Positions 17,683-27,521 of a DNA stretch of 53,419 bases are shown here, piece by piece. Made by a program: the position numbers and the translations under genes. Below the pieces are notes generated by a model. That model was not told where the DNA came from. It worked only from the letters and a program-made list of their open reading frames with translations, and did no database searches. Numbering within the stretch: the stretch's first letter is position 1; the number at the start of each line of letters is the position of its first letter. Where the stretch lies: the sequence record SRR20825019_2071. One strand, given 5' to 3'.

Positions 17683-18936
17683 ATGGAGCTGAAAAGAGTA
17701 GTAGTTACAGGTTTGGGAGCCCTTACGCCCATAGGAAATAATCTTTCAGAATTTTGGGAGGGACTCATCAATGGTACCAGTGGAGCTGCGCCTATTACTC
17801 GCTTTGATTCTTCGTTGTTCAAGACTCAATTCGCATGTGAGGTCAAAGATTTTGACATTAACGATCACATGGACCGAAAAGAGGCAAGGAAATTAGATCC
17901 TTTCGCACAGTATGCCATGGTTTCGGCTACCGAAGCTATGGCAGACTCTGCGTTGTTGGAGGCTAGTCCAAATTTAGATCGTATTGGAGTTATTTGGGGC
18001 TCAGGAATTGGAGGTTTAACTTCATTCCAAAATGAAGCTAGAGATTTTTATCAAGGTGATGGAACGCCGAGAATGAATCCTTTCTTTATTCCAAAAATGA
18101 TCGCTGATATCGCAGCAGGTCATATTTCAATTAAGTTCGGACTGAGAGGTCCAAACTATGTTACCGTTTCTGCATGTGCTTCTTCAACAAATGCAATTAT
18201 TGACGCGTTCAATATGATTCGTTTAGGAAAAGCAGACGCCATTGTAACAGGTGGTTCTGAAGCATGTGTAAACGAAATGGGAATTGGTGGTTTTAACGCA
18301 TTGAAAGCTCTTTCAACAAGAAATGACGACCCAACAACGGCTTCTAGACCTTTCGATTTGGACCGTGAAGGTTTTGTACTTGGAGAAGGTAGTGGCGCAC
18401 TTATTCTTGAGGAATATGAGCACGCTATCAAACGTGGAGCAAAAATTTATGCAGAAGTAATCGGAGGCGGAATGTCTGGCGATGCTTACCACATGACTGC
18501 ACCACATCCAGAAGGATTGGGAGCAAAGAACACCATGATAGCAGCTTTAGAGGATGCCGAAATTGATCCATCACAAGTTGACTACGTGAATGTTCATGGA
18601 ACATCAACTCCATTAGGAGATGTTGCCGAAGTAAAAGCAATTCAACAAGTGTTTGGAGATCATGCGTACAACTTGAATATCAGTTCTACGAAATCGATGA
18701 CAGGTCACTTGCTTGGAGCCGCAGGAGCCATTGAGGCAATTGCATGCGTTTTGGCAGTGAAACATGACATTATCCCTCCAACAATTAATCACTTCACAGA
18801 TGATCCTGCTTTGGATCAAAAACTGAATTTCACTTTTGACAAAGCGCAAAAGCGAACGGTGAATATCGCATTGTCCAATACATTTGGCTTTGGAGGACAC
18901 AATACAAGTGTGATTGTAAAAAAATTCAACGCATAA
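17683..18936 (+). CDS. fabF: 3-oxoacyl-ACP synthase II
   Basis: VSACASS, NVHGTST, KSMTGHLLGAAG, SNTFGFGGHN. Confidence 0.97.
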   Translation: MELKRVVVTGLGALTPIGNNLSEFWEGLINGTSGAAPITRFDSSLFKTQFACEVKDFDINDHMDRKEARKLDPFAQYAMVSATEAMADSALLEASPNLDRIGVIWGSGIGGLTSFQNEARDFYQGDGTPRMNPFFIPKMIADIAAGHISIKFGLRGPNYVTVSACASSTNAIIDAFNMIRLGKADAIVTGGSEACVNEMGIGGFNALKALSTRNDDPTTASRPFDLDREGFVLGEGSGALILEEYEHAIKRGAKIYAEVIGGGMSGDAYHMTAPHPEGLGAKNTMIAALEDAEIDPSQVDYVNVHGTSTPLGDVAEVKAIQQVFGDHAYNLNISSTKSMTGHLLGAAGAIEAIACVLAVKHDIIPPTINHFTDDPALDQKLNFTFDKAQKRTVNIALSNTFGFGGHNTSVIVKKFNA

Positions 18937-19662
18937 TTGCGATTTAATTTAAAGTTATTTTCGAAAAAAAGAACTAAAGAGGAAGATGAAATTTTTCATT
19001 TTATAGTTCAACGCTTTGGTTATCGACCGATTGATACGGAAGTATTTCGAAAAGCGCTCACTCATAAATCGATCTCAAACAATTCCGAAGAGGACCATTC
19101 TAACGAACGTTTAGAATATCTCGGTGATGCAATTCTTGATGCCGTAGTGGCAGATTTTCTATTTACTAGATTTCCGGAAGAAGATGAAGGATATCTCACC
19201 AAGATTAAGTCAAAAATGGTGAGCAGAAGAACCCTTGGAATGATTGGAAGCGAAATGGAAATCAAGGATGTTTTGCGTTACAACAAAGGACGGGCAATCA
19301 AACTTGAAACGGTGGAAGGAAATGCCTTCGAAGCGTTAATTGGAGCCGTTTATCTCGATGGCGGATATGAAAGTGTTAAACGCAGTGTTTTTGATCATAT
19401 CTTTAAAAAATACGTCGATCTCAACCAAATTCTAGAAGAAGAAATCGACTTTAAGTCTACATTATTTATTTGGAGTCAAAAAAATCGACTGGCAATTAAT
19501 TTTGAAGTGCTGGAGGAAACGAACAACGGCACATCCTGGACTTACGTAGTAATGGTCGTTATCAACGAGCGCGAATACGGAAGAGGAACAGGATCATCTA
19601 AAAAGAAGGCCGAACAAGCTGCCGCAAAAGAAGCATTAGAATTAATCGGTTTCGATCAGTAA
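18937..19662 (+). CDS. rnc: Ribonuclease III
   Basis: NERLEYLGDAIL, NAFEALIGAVYLDGG, C-terminal dsRBD G.GSSKKKAEQ.AA. Confidence 0.96.
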   Translation: MRFNLKLFSKKRTKEEDEIFHFIVQRFGYRPIDTEVFRKALTHKSISNNSEEDHSNERLEYLGDAILDAVVADFLFTRFPEEDEGYLTKIKSKMVSRRTLGMIGSEMEIKDVLRYNKGRAIKLETVEGNAFEALIGAVYLDGGYESVKRSVFDHIFKKYVDLNQILEEEIDFKSTLFIWSQKNRLAINFEVLEETNNGTSWTYVVMVVINEREYGRGTGSSKKKAEQAAAKEALELIGFDQ

Positions 19663-19724
19663 ATCAAGCTCTGTTAAAAGTCGTTAATGAGATACTAAAA
19701 GTGTTTTACTTTCGTAAATCGTTG

Positions 19725-20423
19725 ATGGAACAACTACAAAAAAACCAGAAACTTCTACTTATCGCGATGACTGTTTTCAGTATCTCGTGGTTGATCGTTC
19801 GAATCATCTTAACAGGAAGAATTCATTATACATTTTTGAATTGGAATTTATTTCTCGCTTTTCTACCGCTCATATTCACGCAAATGCTGGATTGGGACGG
19901 AGCATTTTTCAAGAATAAATGGGTGCGATATGGAATTGTGGGAACTTGGTTGCTATTCTTCCCTAATGCACCATACATTTTAACCGATCTGTTCCACTTA
20001 TCAAAAAACTCGTCAGTTCCTGTTTGGTTTGATCTCATTTTGATTCTCAGCTATGCGTGGACAGGATTAATTGCAGGGTTTATTAGTCTCAGACGTATTG
20101 AAGTAAACGTTTTTGCATCCTTAAAACCTCGCATTATTATTATGCTATCAACCGTGTTGATTTTTGCGTCGGCTTTTGGAATCTATCTAGGGCGTTTCCT
20201 GCGATTTAATTCGTGGGACGTTTTGCATCGACCTTCCGTGTTGTTCGGTGAAATTGTAGATCGCTTTGTGAGTCCGTTTGAACATCCTAGAACTTGGGGA
20301 GTAACTATTGGAATGGGCGCACTACTCAGCATCATGTATTGGAGCTTACGTCTCTTCTCAGATCAGAACCGTGCGGGAGAAATGACTACTTCCACTGAAA
20401 AGCTTGTGCTCAGGAATAAATAA
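19725..20423 (+). CDS. DUF1361-type membrane protein (ATG start preferred over GTG 19701)
   Basis: WNLFLA, WLLFFPNAPYILTDLFH, GIYLGRFLRFNSWD. Confidence 0.88.
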   Translation: MEQLQKNQKLLLIAMTVFSISWLIVRIILTGRIHYTFLNWNLFLAFLPLIFTQMLDWDGAFFKNKWVRYGIVGTWLLFFPNAPYILTDLFHLSKNSSVPVWFDLILILSYAWTGLIAGFISLRRIEVNVFASLKPRIIIMLSTVLIFASAFGIYLGRFLRFNSWDVLHRPSVLFGEIVDRFVSPFEHPRTWGVTIGMGALLSIMYWSLRLFSDQNRAGEMTTSTEKLVLRNK

Positions 20424-20477
20424 AACTATTCACTATATTCGCTCGATTATCAAGCACCAAACCCTTAAGGAAAGCAA

Positions 20478-21893
20478 GTGTTATTTTCGAGTGGTATTTT
20501 TCTCATTTATTTTCTGCCGATTGTACTCGCGGGGTATTGGTTTGTTCCTGGAAAACTAAAGAACGCTTACCTTCTTATTGCAAGTTTATTCTTTTACTGG
20601 TGGGGAGCGCCAACGTTTTCTATAATTGTTCTGCTCACGAGTAGCGTCAATTTTTTTATTGCACGTCAACTAACAGACTCACCTAAGAAAAAACTGTTCT
20701 TGTGGCTCTATGTCATCATTAATTTGGGATTACTGAGCTACTTCAAGTACATGAATTTCTTCATCGAAAATGTAAATGAATTGCTCGATTTCGCAGGTTA
20801 CTCGTCTGTTGAGTGGACTAAAATTGTTCTTCCAGTTGGAATCTCATTCTTTACGTTTCAATCGATCACGTATGGAGTAGATGTCTACAGAAAGAACGCC
20901 GAGCCTCAGAAGTTTATTCTCAATTATCTGCTGTATATCCTGTTCTTTCCGCAGTTGATTGCTGGACCGATTGTAACGTATCGGAGCATCGCGAATCAAT
21001 TAACCAATCGGACTCATTCGCTTGATAATTTCATGAATGGGTTTACCCGCTTCGTGATTGGATTGTCGAAGAAAGTGCTGATTGCCAATGTTCTTGCAGA
21101 ATATTCTGACCTTCTTTTGGCACAGGATGCGTGGTATGAACCCGATTCAACATTAATAGCATGGTTGACGGCGCTCGCGTACACGTTTGAAATTTACTTT
21201 GATTTTTCTGGTTACTCTGACATGGCAATTGGTTTAGGCCGGATGTTCGGATTTAGTTTTCCAGAAAATTTCGATCGTCCTTATCTGTCTAAATCCATTA
21301 CAGAATTTTGGAGAAGGTGGCACATGACTCTTGGCGATTTCATGAAGAACTACCTCTATATTCCATTGGGAGGAAACCGCGTTACAGTGGGAAGGATGTA
21401 CGCTAATTTGCTCACCGTTTTTACCTTGAGCGGTCTGTGGCACGGAGCTTCATGGAATTTCTTAGCGTGGGGATTATTTCACGGGTTATGGCTTGTAATT
21501 GAAAGGATCTCACCATGGAGGAATAGCACAAAATTTGGTGGACTTAAAATGTTATTTACGTTCATAATTGTATTGCATGGCTGGGTTTTATTTGACGCCA
21601 CTTCAATGCAAGAAGCGATGAATCACCTGAGTGCGATGTACAGTTTTGAAAATTCAGAATACCTGGCGGACAAAAATGCACTTTATTTTGAAGTTCACAT
21701 AGCAATCGCGGCAATCGTTGCGCTTTTGGGAATTTCAGGGAAATTGAATAGCATTTATTTTATCCGTTTAAGCGACTTAAATTCAATCGGAGTGAAAATA
21801 ATAGGATGCGTCACAATTTCAATTCTTTTTGTTCTGTGTCTTTCTCACATCGTGGTTGGAAGTTTTAATCCATTCATTTATTTTCAATTCTAA
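20478..21893 (+). CDS. MBOAT O-acyltransferase, AlgI/PatA/DltB type
   Basis: LPVGISFFTFQ, FFPQLIAGPI, YFDFSGYSDMAIG, EFWRRWHM, LSGLWHGA. Confidence 0.93.
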   Translation: MLFSSGIFLIYFLPIVLAGYWFVPGKLKNAYLLIASLFFYWWGAPTFSIIVLLTSSVNFFIARQLTDSPKKKLFLWLYVIINLGLLSYFKYMNFFIENVNELLDFAGYSSVEWTKIVLPVGISFFTFQSITYGVDVYRKNAEPQKFILNYLLYILFFPQLIAGPIVTYRSIANQLTNRTHSLDNFMNGFTRFVIGLSKKVLIANVLAEYSDLLLAQDAWYEPDSTLIAWLTALAYTFEIYFDFSGYSDMAIGLGRMFGFSFPENFDRPYLSKSITEFWRRWHMTLGDFMKNYLYIPLGGNRVTVGRMYANLLTVFTLSGLWHGASWNFLAWGLFHGLWLVIERISPWRNSTKFGGLKMLFTFIIVLHGWVLFDATSMQEAMNHLSAMYSFENSEYLADKNALYFEVHIAIAAIVALLGISGKLNSIYFIRLSDLNSIGVKIIGCVTISILFVLCLSHIVVGSFNPFIYFQF

Positions 21894-22993
21894 TGAATAA
21901 GCGATTAGTAAATAGCATTTTGTCTCTTGGTCTGCTCTTGTTGCTTTTCATCCCAATGGTTGTGAATCACTCTAAACTATTCGAACCACTTACGGTTTAC
22001 GGTGTAGAAGCGGGCATAAATACTGACACAGTGAGTTGGTGGGACGGTTCAGCTCAGAAGCAATTTGACGAAAACTTAATGTCTTCTTCGATTTCTAGGA
22101 GCTATTACATTCGCATTCGAAATCAGTATCAATATTCGCTTTTCAACAAAATTAATGCGAAGGATATTTACAAATACGAAGAACAATTTTTTAGATTTTA
22201 TTCATTTACGTTTAACGAAGAACACAACTTTATTGGTGAAGATAAGGTGAAAGAGAAAGTGCGACTTTTGAAAACAATTCAGGAGGATTTGGGAGATGAA
22301 ATTCCAATTATTACAGTTATTGCTCCGAGCAAAGCGCAGTATTACAGAGACAGACTTCCAGCGAAGCATCACACAAATTCTACGCAAACCAACTACGTTC
22401 ATTTCTTGAAAGAACTAAAGGCAAACAACTTACCAGTAGTTGATTTCAACCAATATTTTCTAGAGAATCGTTCAACGACGCCTGCCATTTTTGGAGCTGG
22501 AGGAATTCACTGGTCTGAGTATGCCTGTGCTAAATCAATGGATAGTTTGGTGAAGTTTGTCAGTAATCGCAAGGGAATTGAGTTTAGTCGATATGAAACA
22601 ACTCCGTGGTTTAATAATGGATTCAGTGAGCAAGACTTGGACATCTCATTGATGCTAAATCTGGTTAAAAAACCAGTGGACAATAATCTCAGGGCGGTTA
22701 AATTGACACCAATTCCCAATAAGCGAAAAATCAAAGCAGTAATAATTACCGATAGTTTTTGTTTTGCCATTTTCACCACAGGAGTGGGAGAACAGATTTT
22801 TACTTCTGACACTTATTTTCATTATTATTTTGGAACTACCTATACGGGAAATTGGCAACCCGTTGATTGGAATTCAAGTCAGCTAACAAAAGACCTCTCT
22901 GAAGCCGATTGTGTAATAATTCTCACGGATGTCGTTAACATGGAAAATTTCGGCTTTGGATTTATTGAAGAAGCGACGAAGGCGAAAGAATAA
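21893..22993 (+). CDS. AlgJ/AlgX-like periplasmic O-acetyltransferase partner
   Basis: N-terminal anchor, VIAPSK, GIHWS, ITDSF; overlaps the MBOAT stop codon (TAATG). Confidence 0.75.
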   Translation: MNKRLVNSILSLGLLLLLFIPMVVNHSKLFEPLTVYGVEAGINTDTVSWWDGSAQKQFDENLMSSSISRSYYIRIRNQYQYSLFNKINAKDIYKYEEQFFRFYSFTFNEEHNFIGEDKVKEKVRLLKTIQEDLGDEIPIITVIAPSKAQYYRDRLPAKHHTNSTQTNYVHFLKELKANNLPVVDFNQYFLENRSTTPAIFGAGGIHWSEYACAKSMDSLVKFVSNRKGIEFSRYETTPWFNNGFSEQDLDISLMLNLVKKPVDNNLRAVKLTPIPNKRKIKAVIITDSFCFAIFTTGVGEQIFTSDTYFHYYFGTTYTGNWQPVDWNSSQLTKDLSEADCVIILTDVVNMENFGFGFIEEATKAKE

Positions 22994-23182
22994 ATGATTA
23001 CATCAGTCTGTCTGGAATGGTTGAAAATGTAATGCAAACGCCAGTTTGAAATGCGGTGGTTTATGTGTTTGGATATAGAAAAATACCAAGCCAAGCGTTA
23101 GTTGTTAATTTAGTTTAACACTTATTCTCTTGTAAACGAATTATTTAATCGTAAATTTGCCGCCTCTAATTGAACCAAGTTT

Positions 23183-24550
23183 ATGAGTAAGTTATCTTTT
23201 TTCGGTAGTTTTTTGGCTATTGCTATAACATTTTTTGATACAGAAGTTAGTTATTCTCAATCAGTCGTGAGTAGAATTTATACGGATCACAACGGATTCT
23301 TTACAAGTTCCACGAATGCACCAGTAACGTTTGATGTTAGCACGCAGCATTTAATTGCATTCAATTCTGGAGGAACCGTTTGGTCCACTGGAGTGAATGA
23401 TTCAGTTCTCACTGCAAATGGAGTTTCTTTTATTCCGCAAAATTTTATGGCTATGCCAGCGTCTGTTAATGGAGCAAATGCAGGTGCGGTAATTGGGATT
23501 GGACGTCAGTTTGGCGGGTTTACTTCTGGGAACGGATGCCTCCCGGCAGTTTCTCCTCCTCAGGGAAACAATCTTTCTGCCTACCTCACGGATGGAATTA
23601 ATGGTTTAGATATATCTACGGCAATTTTCAATATCGGTGGACGAATAGAATACGCAGTCACAAACATTAATCCAGTCAATATTGGTGATGGGATTCCAGA
23701 TATCGTAGTTACTCAAACGGGCGAAATTAATGGTTCTCTGTGGGATAGTTTTAGGTTCTTAAATACAACGGGCAGTGTAGTTGGTTCTACGATGAATGTG
23801 AATTTTTCAACGGTGACTCCTGTCGCTAGACCAATGTGGAAGTTCTATAATGCTCAAACTCTATCTTGTGGTGCCAGTAATGCAGGCCTAAGAGAACTAC
23901 GGTTGCTTGCTTTCGATTTTGCTGATTTGGGAATAAACTTGGGGAATTATTCAAGCGTGACTTCTTTTGAACATACTTTAACTCCAAATAGTGATGTGGC
24001 GTTCGTTGCATACAATAGTGCTTCAATTTCCTTGCTACCTGTTACTCTCGCTAACTTTGATGCCGAATTGATCGGTAGAGAAGTAGTTCTTTCTTGGGCT
24101 ACCAATTCTGAGCAGGACAATGATTATTTTACGATTGAACGAAGTTCTAATGGAGTTGATTGGGAAGAAGTTCTTACGAAAAAAGGAGCTGGAAATTCTC
24201 AGGATATGATTCACTATGATGGAATTGACAGAAATCCACTACTCGGAATCTCATATTATAGATTAAAACAAACAGATTATAGTGGAGCACACTCTTATTC
24301 GAGTGTTGTAGCTGTGAACCTTCTTGGACAATTGTACATTTATCCAAATCCCGCGGATAATCTTTTAACCATTCGCGGTGAAGCTTTGGGAGAGATTACG
24401 CTGATCAATGCTCTTGGTCAAAATGTCATGGATAAGGTAGAATATCTGAATCAATCGAATAATGTTGTTCAGTGGAATGTGAGTCGACTAGAAGATGGTT
24501 ATTACTACGTAGCGATTGGCGAGAGCGTATACCCGATCGTAATCAACTAG
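23183..24550 (+). CDS. T9SS type-A CTD protein with an N-terminal domain of unknown function
   Basis: Signal peptide; LPVTL.NF...LSWAT.SE.DNDYF.IERS...YYRLKQTD; IYPNPA CTD. Confidence 0.88.
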   Translation: MSKLSFFGSFLAIAITFFDTEVSYSQSVVSRIYTDHNGFFTSSTNAPVTFDVSTQHLIAFNSGGTVWSTGVNDSVLTANGVSFIPQNFMAMPASVNGANAGAVIGIGRQFGGFTSGNGCLPAVSPPQGNNLSAYLTDGINGLDISTAIFNIGGRIEYAVTNINPVNIGDGIPDIVVTQTGEINGSLWDSFRFLNTTGSVVGSTMNVNFSTVTPVARPMWKFYNAQTLSCGASNAGLRELRLLAFDFADLGINLGNYSSVTSFEHTLTPNSDVAFVAYNSASISLLPVTLANFDAELIGREVVLSWATNSEQDNDYFTIERSSNGVDWEEVLTKKGAGNSQDMIHYDGIDRNPLLGISYYRLKQTDYSGAHSYSSVVAVNLLGQLYIYPNPADNLLTIRGEALGEITLINALGQNVMDKVEYLNQSNNVVQWNVSRLEDGYYYVAIGESVYPIVIN

Positions 24551-24572
24551 TATTTTAACTTCAAGAATCGGA

Positions 24573-25193
24573 TTAATCAACCGTTTTATTTAGAAATGAA
24601 ATAAAGGCGTATAGCATTTGATCGGTGATTTCATTCCGAGAGCCACAATAAAAACGAGAGTACCCTCCGTCTATGATCACTCTGCCTGATCCAATGTTTC
24701 CAGAGAGAATCAATGGTTCATCTTCTACCCAAGCTTCCACATTTAGGCGATAATCCATTGGAAAGGCGACTGTGGTGTTTCCCGCAGGAATATACGCTAG
24801 TGTATCGAGAGAAAGATTTCCAGACGCACCTGCACTTTCCGCGTTGGATTGATTATAACTGCCAAAACTTTGCTTCTTGTAAACTTCTTCAGTAAACTGA
24901 TTAGATTCTGCTTGCAAGGGCCAGTTTTCGGATCCACAATAAAGCCCGCCGCCATTCTCGACAAAAAGAAGTAATCGGTTCACCTCGCTTTTGTTGAGTT
25001 TACTTTCAGCATTTGAAAATAGAAGGATAATTTTGAAAGAATCCAGTTCTTTTGGCAGTAAATCTCGATATTCTGCTGTGCTGTCGATGCCACATACGCT
25101 CTTGTGATTTCCCAAAACAAGAATTTGACGAGAACTCGTTTGAGCAATTCCTTGAAAAGAGATCATAAATAGAATAAAGACAATCATTCGCAT
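24573..25193 (-). CDS. Hypothetical exported protein, possibly class-I glutamine amidotransferase-like fold
   Basis: Signal peptide; L..FVENGGGLY and GSGRVII segments. Confidence 0.6.
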   Translation of the reverse strand: MRMIVFILFMISFQGIAQTSSRQILVLGNHKSVCGIDSTAEYRDLLPKELDSFKIILLFSNAESKLNKSEVNRLLLFVENGGGLYCGSENWPLQAESNQFTEEVYKKQSFGSYNQSNAESAGASGNLSLDTLAYIPAGNTTVAFPMDYRLNVEAWVEDEPLILSGNIGSGRVIIDGGYSRFYCGSRNEITDQMLYAFISFLNKTVD

Positions 25194-25232
25194 ACTAGTT
25201 AGTACACGAATAGGAATGTTTGGTTCAAAAAA

Positions 25233-26996
25233 CTATCGGATTAACGAAATAAATCCCGTTTTATGCTCTGAAGTTCCATCTGGAAACTTGATGATTAAAT
25301 TGTAGAAATAGGTTCCCTCGCTCACTGGAATGTTGGCAATGTTTTTTCCATTCCAAGGAGTGTTCAAATTTGAAGTGGTAAAAACCACGTTGCCCCATCG
25401 ATTCACAATGGAAACCTCGCCTTTCACATTTTCAAAATGTCCAAAAGAAAGCAAGTCATTAACACCATCTCCGTTAGGCGTAAAAACATTTGGGTTTGAA
25501 AAACCAACAAAAGGTGGTGCACTCGGCGTTCCTCCAGGTGGAGTTGGGGGTGGATATCCAGAGCATCCTTCTTTAATTCGAGCAATAAAAATGTCTTTGG
25601 TTCCATTTGTAGATGTCGAGGAAAGTCCACCAAAAGTGACAGTTTCGGAGTAGTATCCGGTGACATACACGTTACAGTTTTCGTCACAACCGATGGAAGC
25701 TCCACGATCAAAGTCTGGACCGCCGCCTGTGAGTACCCATTTCCATTTCCCGAGCGTGTCAATAGAAGCTACGAATACTTGCACGCTATCTCCGTTTGAT
25801 GAAACATCATGACTTCCGAATTTTGCATCGCTGCTAAACTGTCCAGTCACAAAAATGTTACCTTTCTTATTCGCCGTGATTCCGCATCCGCGATCCTTCC
25901 CTTTGTTAGACCCAGCTTTAGACGCCCATTTCCATGTTCCATCCTTTGAAAGTCGTGACACAAAAACATCTCGACCCGTTGGATTTCCATTGTTATTAAT
26001 GCTGTCGTTTCCAAATCCTACTTTGCCACGGAATTCACCTGTAACATACATGTGTCCATCATTTCCATAAACAATCCCATCCGCTCGGTCGTCCAATGTA
26101 TCGCCAGCACTTACGACATAAATGAAATTTCCGTTTTTGTCATATTTGACCACATAAATATCCTCACTTCCATTATTACTCACTAATGTTTCTGTTCCAA
26201 ATGTTCGGGTTCCAGTGAATCCTCCTGCAACATAAACATTGTCTTCATCGTCGATTCCAATCGCATTGTCTCGATGCTGCCAAATTCCATCAAACGTATT
26301 TACCCACAACCAGTTTCCAGCGTTGGATAGCTTCGCAAGAAAAGCAAGTGAATCATTCGGTTGCAATGGGATCGCGAAAGCATCAAAATTTGCGTTGTGA
26401 ATCTGCGAGTCGTTATTGGAAATAAATCCAGTTACGTAGATATTTCCTTCACTGTCCGAAATCAAATCTTGACCGTGATCATCGTTGTATGGATATCCTC
26501 CTTGATCAACTCCAGCATTTTTCATCCAGATTTCGTTGCCGTTATTGTCTAATTTGATTACAAAAATTTGATCTGTGTAGGAAGAACTATTGTAAACAGA
26601 GAGCGAGCCAAAAGTTAATCCTCCCCAACAAGTGCCTGTTACATACACATTTCCCATTGGATCAAGGCAAAGTCCAAGCCCGCGATCATCGAAATAATTC
26701 AAACCATTTTTTACCCAAACATAATTACCGAGTGAATCGATTTTTGCTACAAAAACTTCCTTGCTGCTGGCGAAAGAGAAACCTGTGTTAAAAGGACCAA
26801 AGTCTGCTTCTTCATTATAGTAACCAGTAATGTAACTGTTCCCATCATTATCAACAACAATGGTCGTAGCCTTATCCGATTTTAGTCCACCACCGGAAAT
26901 CAACCAGTCCCAAGATTGCCCAATTCCAGAAAAAGAAATGAGAAGTGAAAGGATTGAAGTTGCGAGCAGTTGTTTTATGTAGAAAGTAGATTGCAT
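25233..26996 (-). CDS. SBBP beta-propeller repeat protein with gliding-motility-associated (type-B, CHU_C) CTD
   Basis: Repeated D..GNVYVTG.F / DVFV.K.D..G.W.W units; Pro-rich linker; PNVFTPNGDGVND...NRWG...GTYFY...GFISLIR. Confidence 0.9.
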   Translation of the reverse strand: MQSTFYIKQLLATSILSLLISFSGIGQSWDWLISGGGLKSDKATTIVVDNDGNSYITGYYNEEADFGPFNTGFSFASSKEVFVAKIDSLGNYVWVKNGLNYFDDRGLGLCLDPMGNVYVTGTCWGGLTFGSLSVYNSSSYTDQIFVIKLDNNGNEIWMKNAGVDQGGYPYNDDHGQDLISDSEGNIYVTGFISNNDSQIHNANFDAFAIPLQPNDSLAFLAKLSNAGNWLWVNTFDGIWQHRDNAIGIDDEDNVYVAGGFTGTRTFGTETLVSNNGSEDIYVVKYDKNGNFIYVVSAGDTLDDRADGIVYGNDGHMYVTGEFRGKVGFGNDSINNNGNPTGRDVFVSRLSKDGTWKWASKAGSNKGKDRGCGITANKKGNIFVTGQFSSDAKFGSHDVSSNGDSVQVFVASIDTLGKWKWVLTGGGPDFDRGASIGCDENCNVYVTGYYSETVTFGGLSSTSTNGTKDIFIARIKEGCSGYPPPTPPGGTPSAPPFVGFSNPNVFTPNGDGVNDLLSFGHFENVKGEVSIVNRWGNVVFTTSNLNTPWNGKNIANIPVSEGTYFYNLIIKFPDGTSEHKTGFISLIR

Positions 26997-27110
26997 AGTC
27001 TCGCTGAAGGATTAGTTCACAAATATTTAATATATTAATAATACGAAAAATAGCAGTGAATAGTTGTCACATACGACACATTTGTTGCAAACTAACCTAA
27101 CAACCAACCA

Positions 27111-27470
27111 ATGAAACCACAAGAACTTGGAGTTTTTGGAGAAAAACTCGCTGTCAAATTACTGATAGACAAAAAACACAAAATTATTGCTCAAAATTAT
27201 CGGAAAGGAAAAGGAGAAATAGATATTGTTTCCTCCGATGGAGACGTACTCGTGATTACCGAAGTTAAAACAAGAAATAGTGAGGCTCTAGGTGCGCCCT
27301 ATCACTCAGTTTCGAGAAAAAAGCAATCACAATTAGTTAAACTTACAAATGCTTATGTTCGGGAACATAACATAAAAGAGGAGATCCGTTTTGACATTAT
27401 TTCCATTGTTCACAATCAGTATCGAACTTCTATTGAGCATATTGAGCGTGCTTTTTACCCTATTGCTTGA
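27111..27470 (+). CDS. yraN: YraN/UPF0102 family putative endonuclease
   Basis: G..GE..A, GEIDIV, EVKTR, RFDII. Confidence 0.92.
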   Translation: MKPQELGVFGEKLAVKLLIDKKHKIIAQNYRKGKGEIDIVSSDGDVLVITEVKTRNSEALGAPYHSVSRKKQSQLVKLTNAYVREHNIKEEIRFDIISIVHNQYRTSIEHIERAFYPIA

Positions 27471-27521
27471 GTGTATGGTATTATACTCACTTGGATTTAT
27501 TCTATCTTTGCACAAATAATT

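Noticed and set aside
17410-22993. Secondary-metabolite (type II PKS/aryl polyene) cluster
   Set aside because: acpP-fabF-rnc is the ordinary Bacteroidota fatty-acid arrangement; there is no chain-length factor or tailoring enzyme
27111-27470. YraN nuclease as part of a novel system
   Set aside because: A ubiquitous stand-alone gene in an ordinary context
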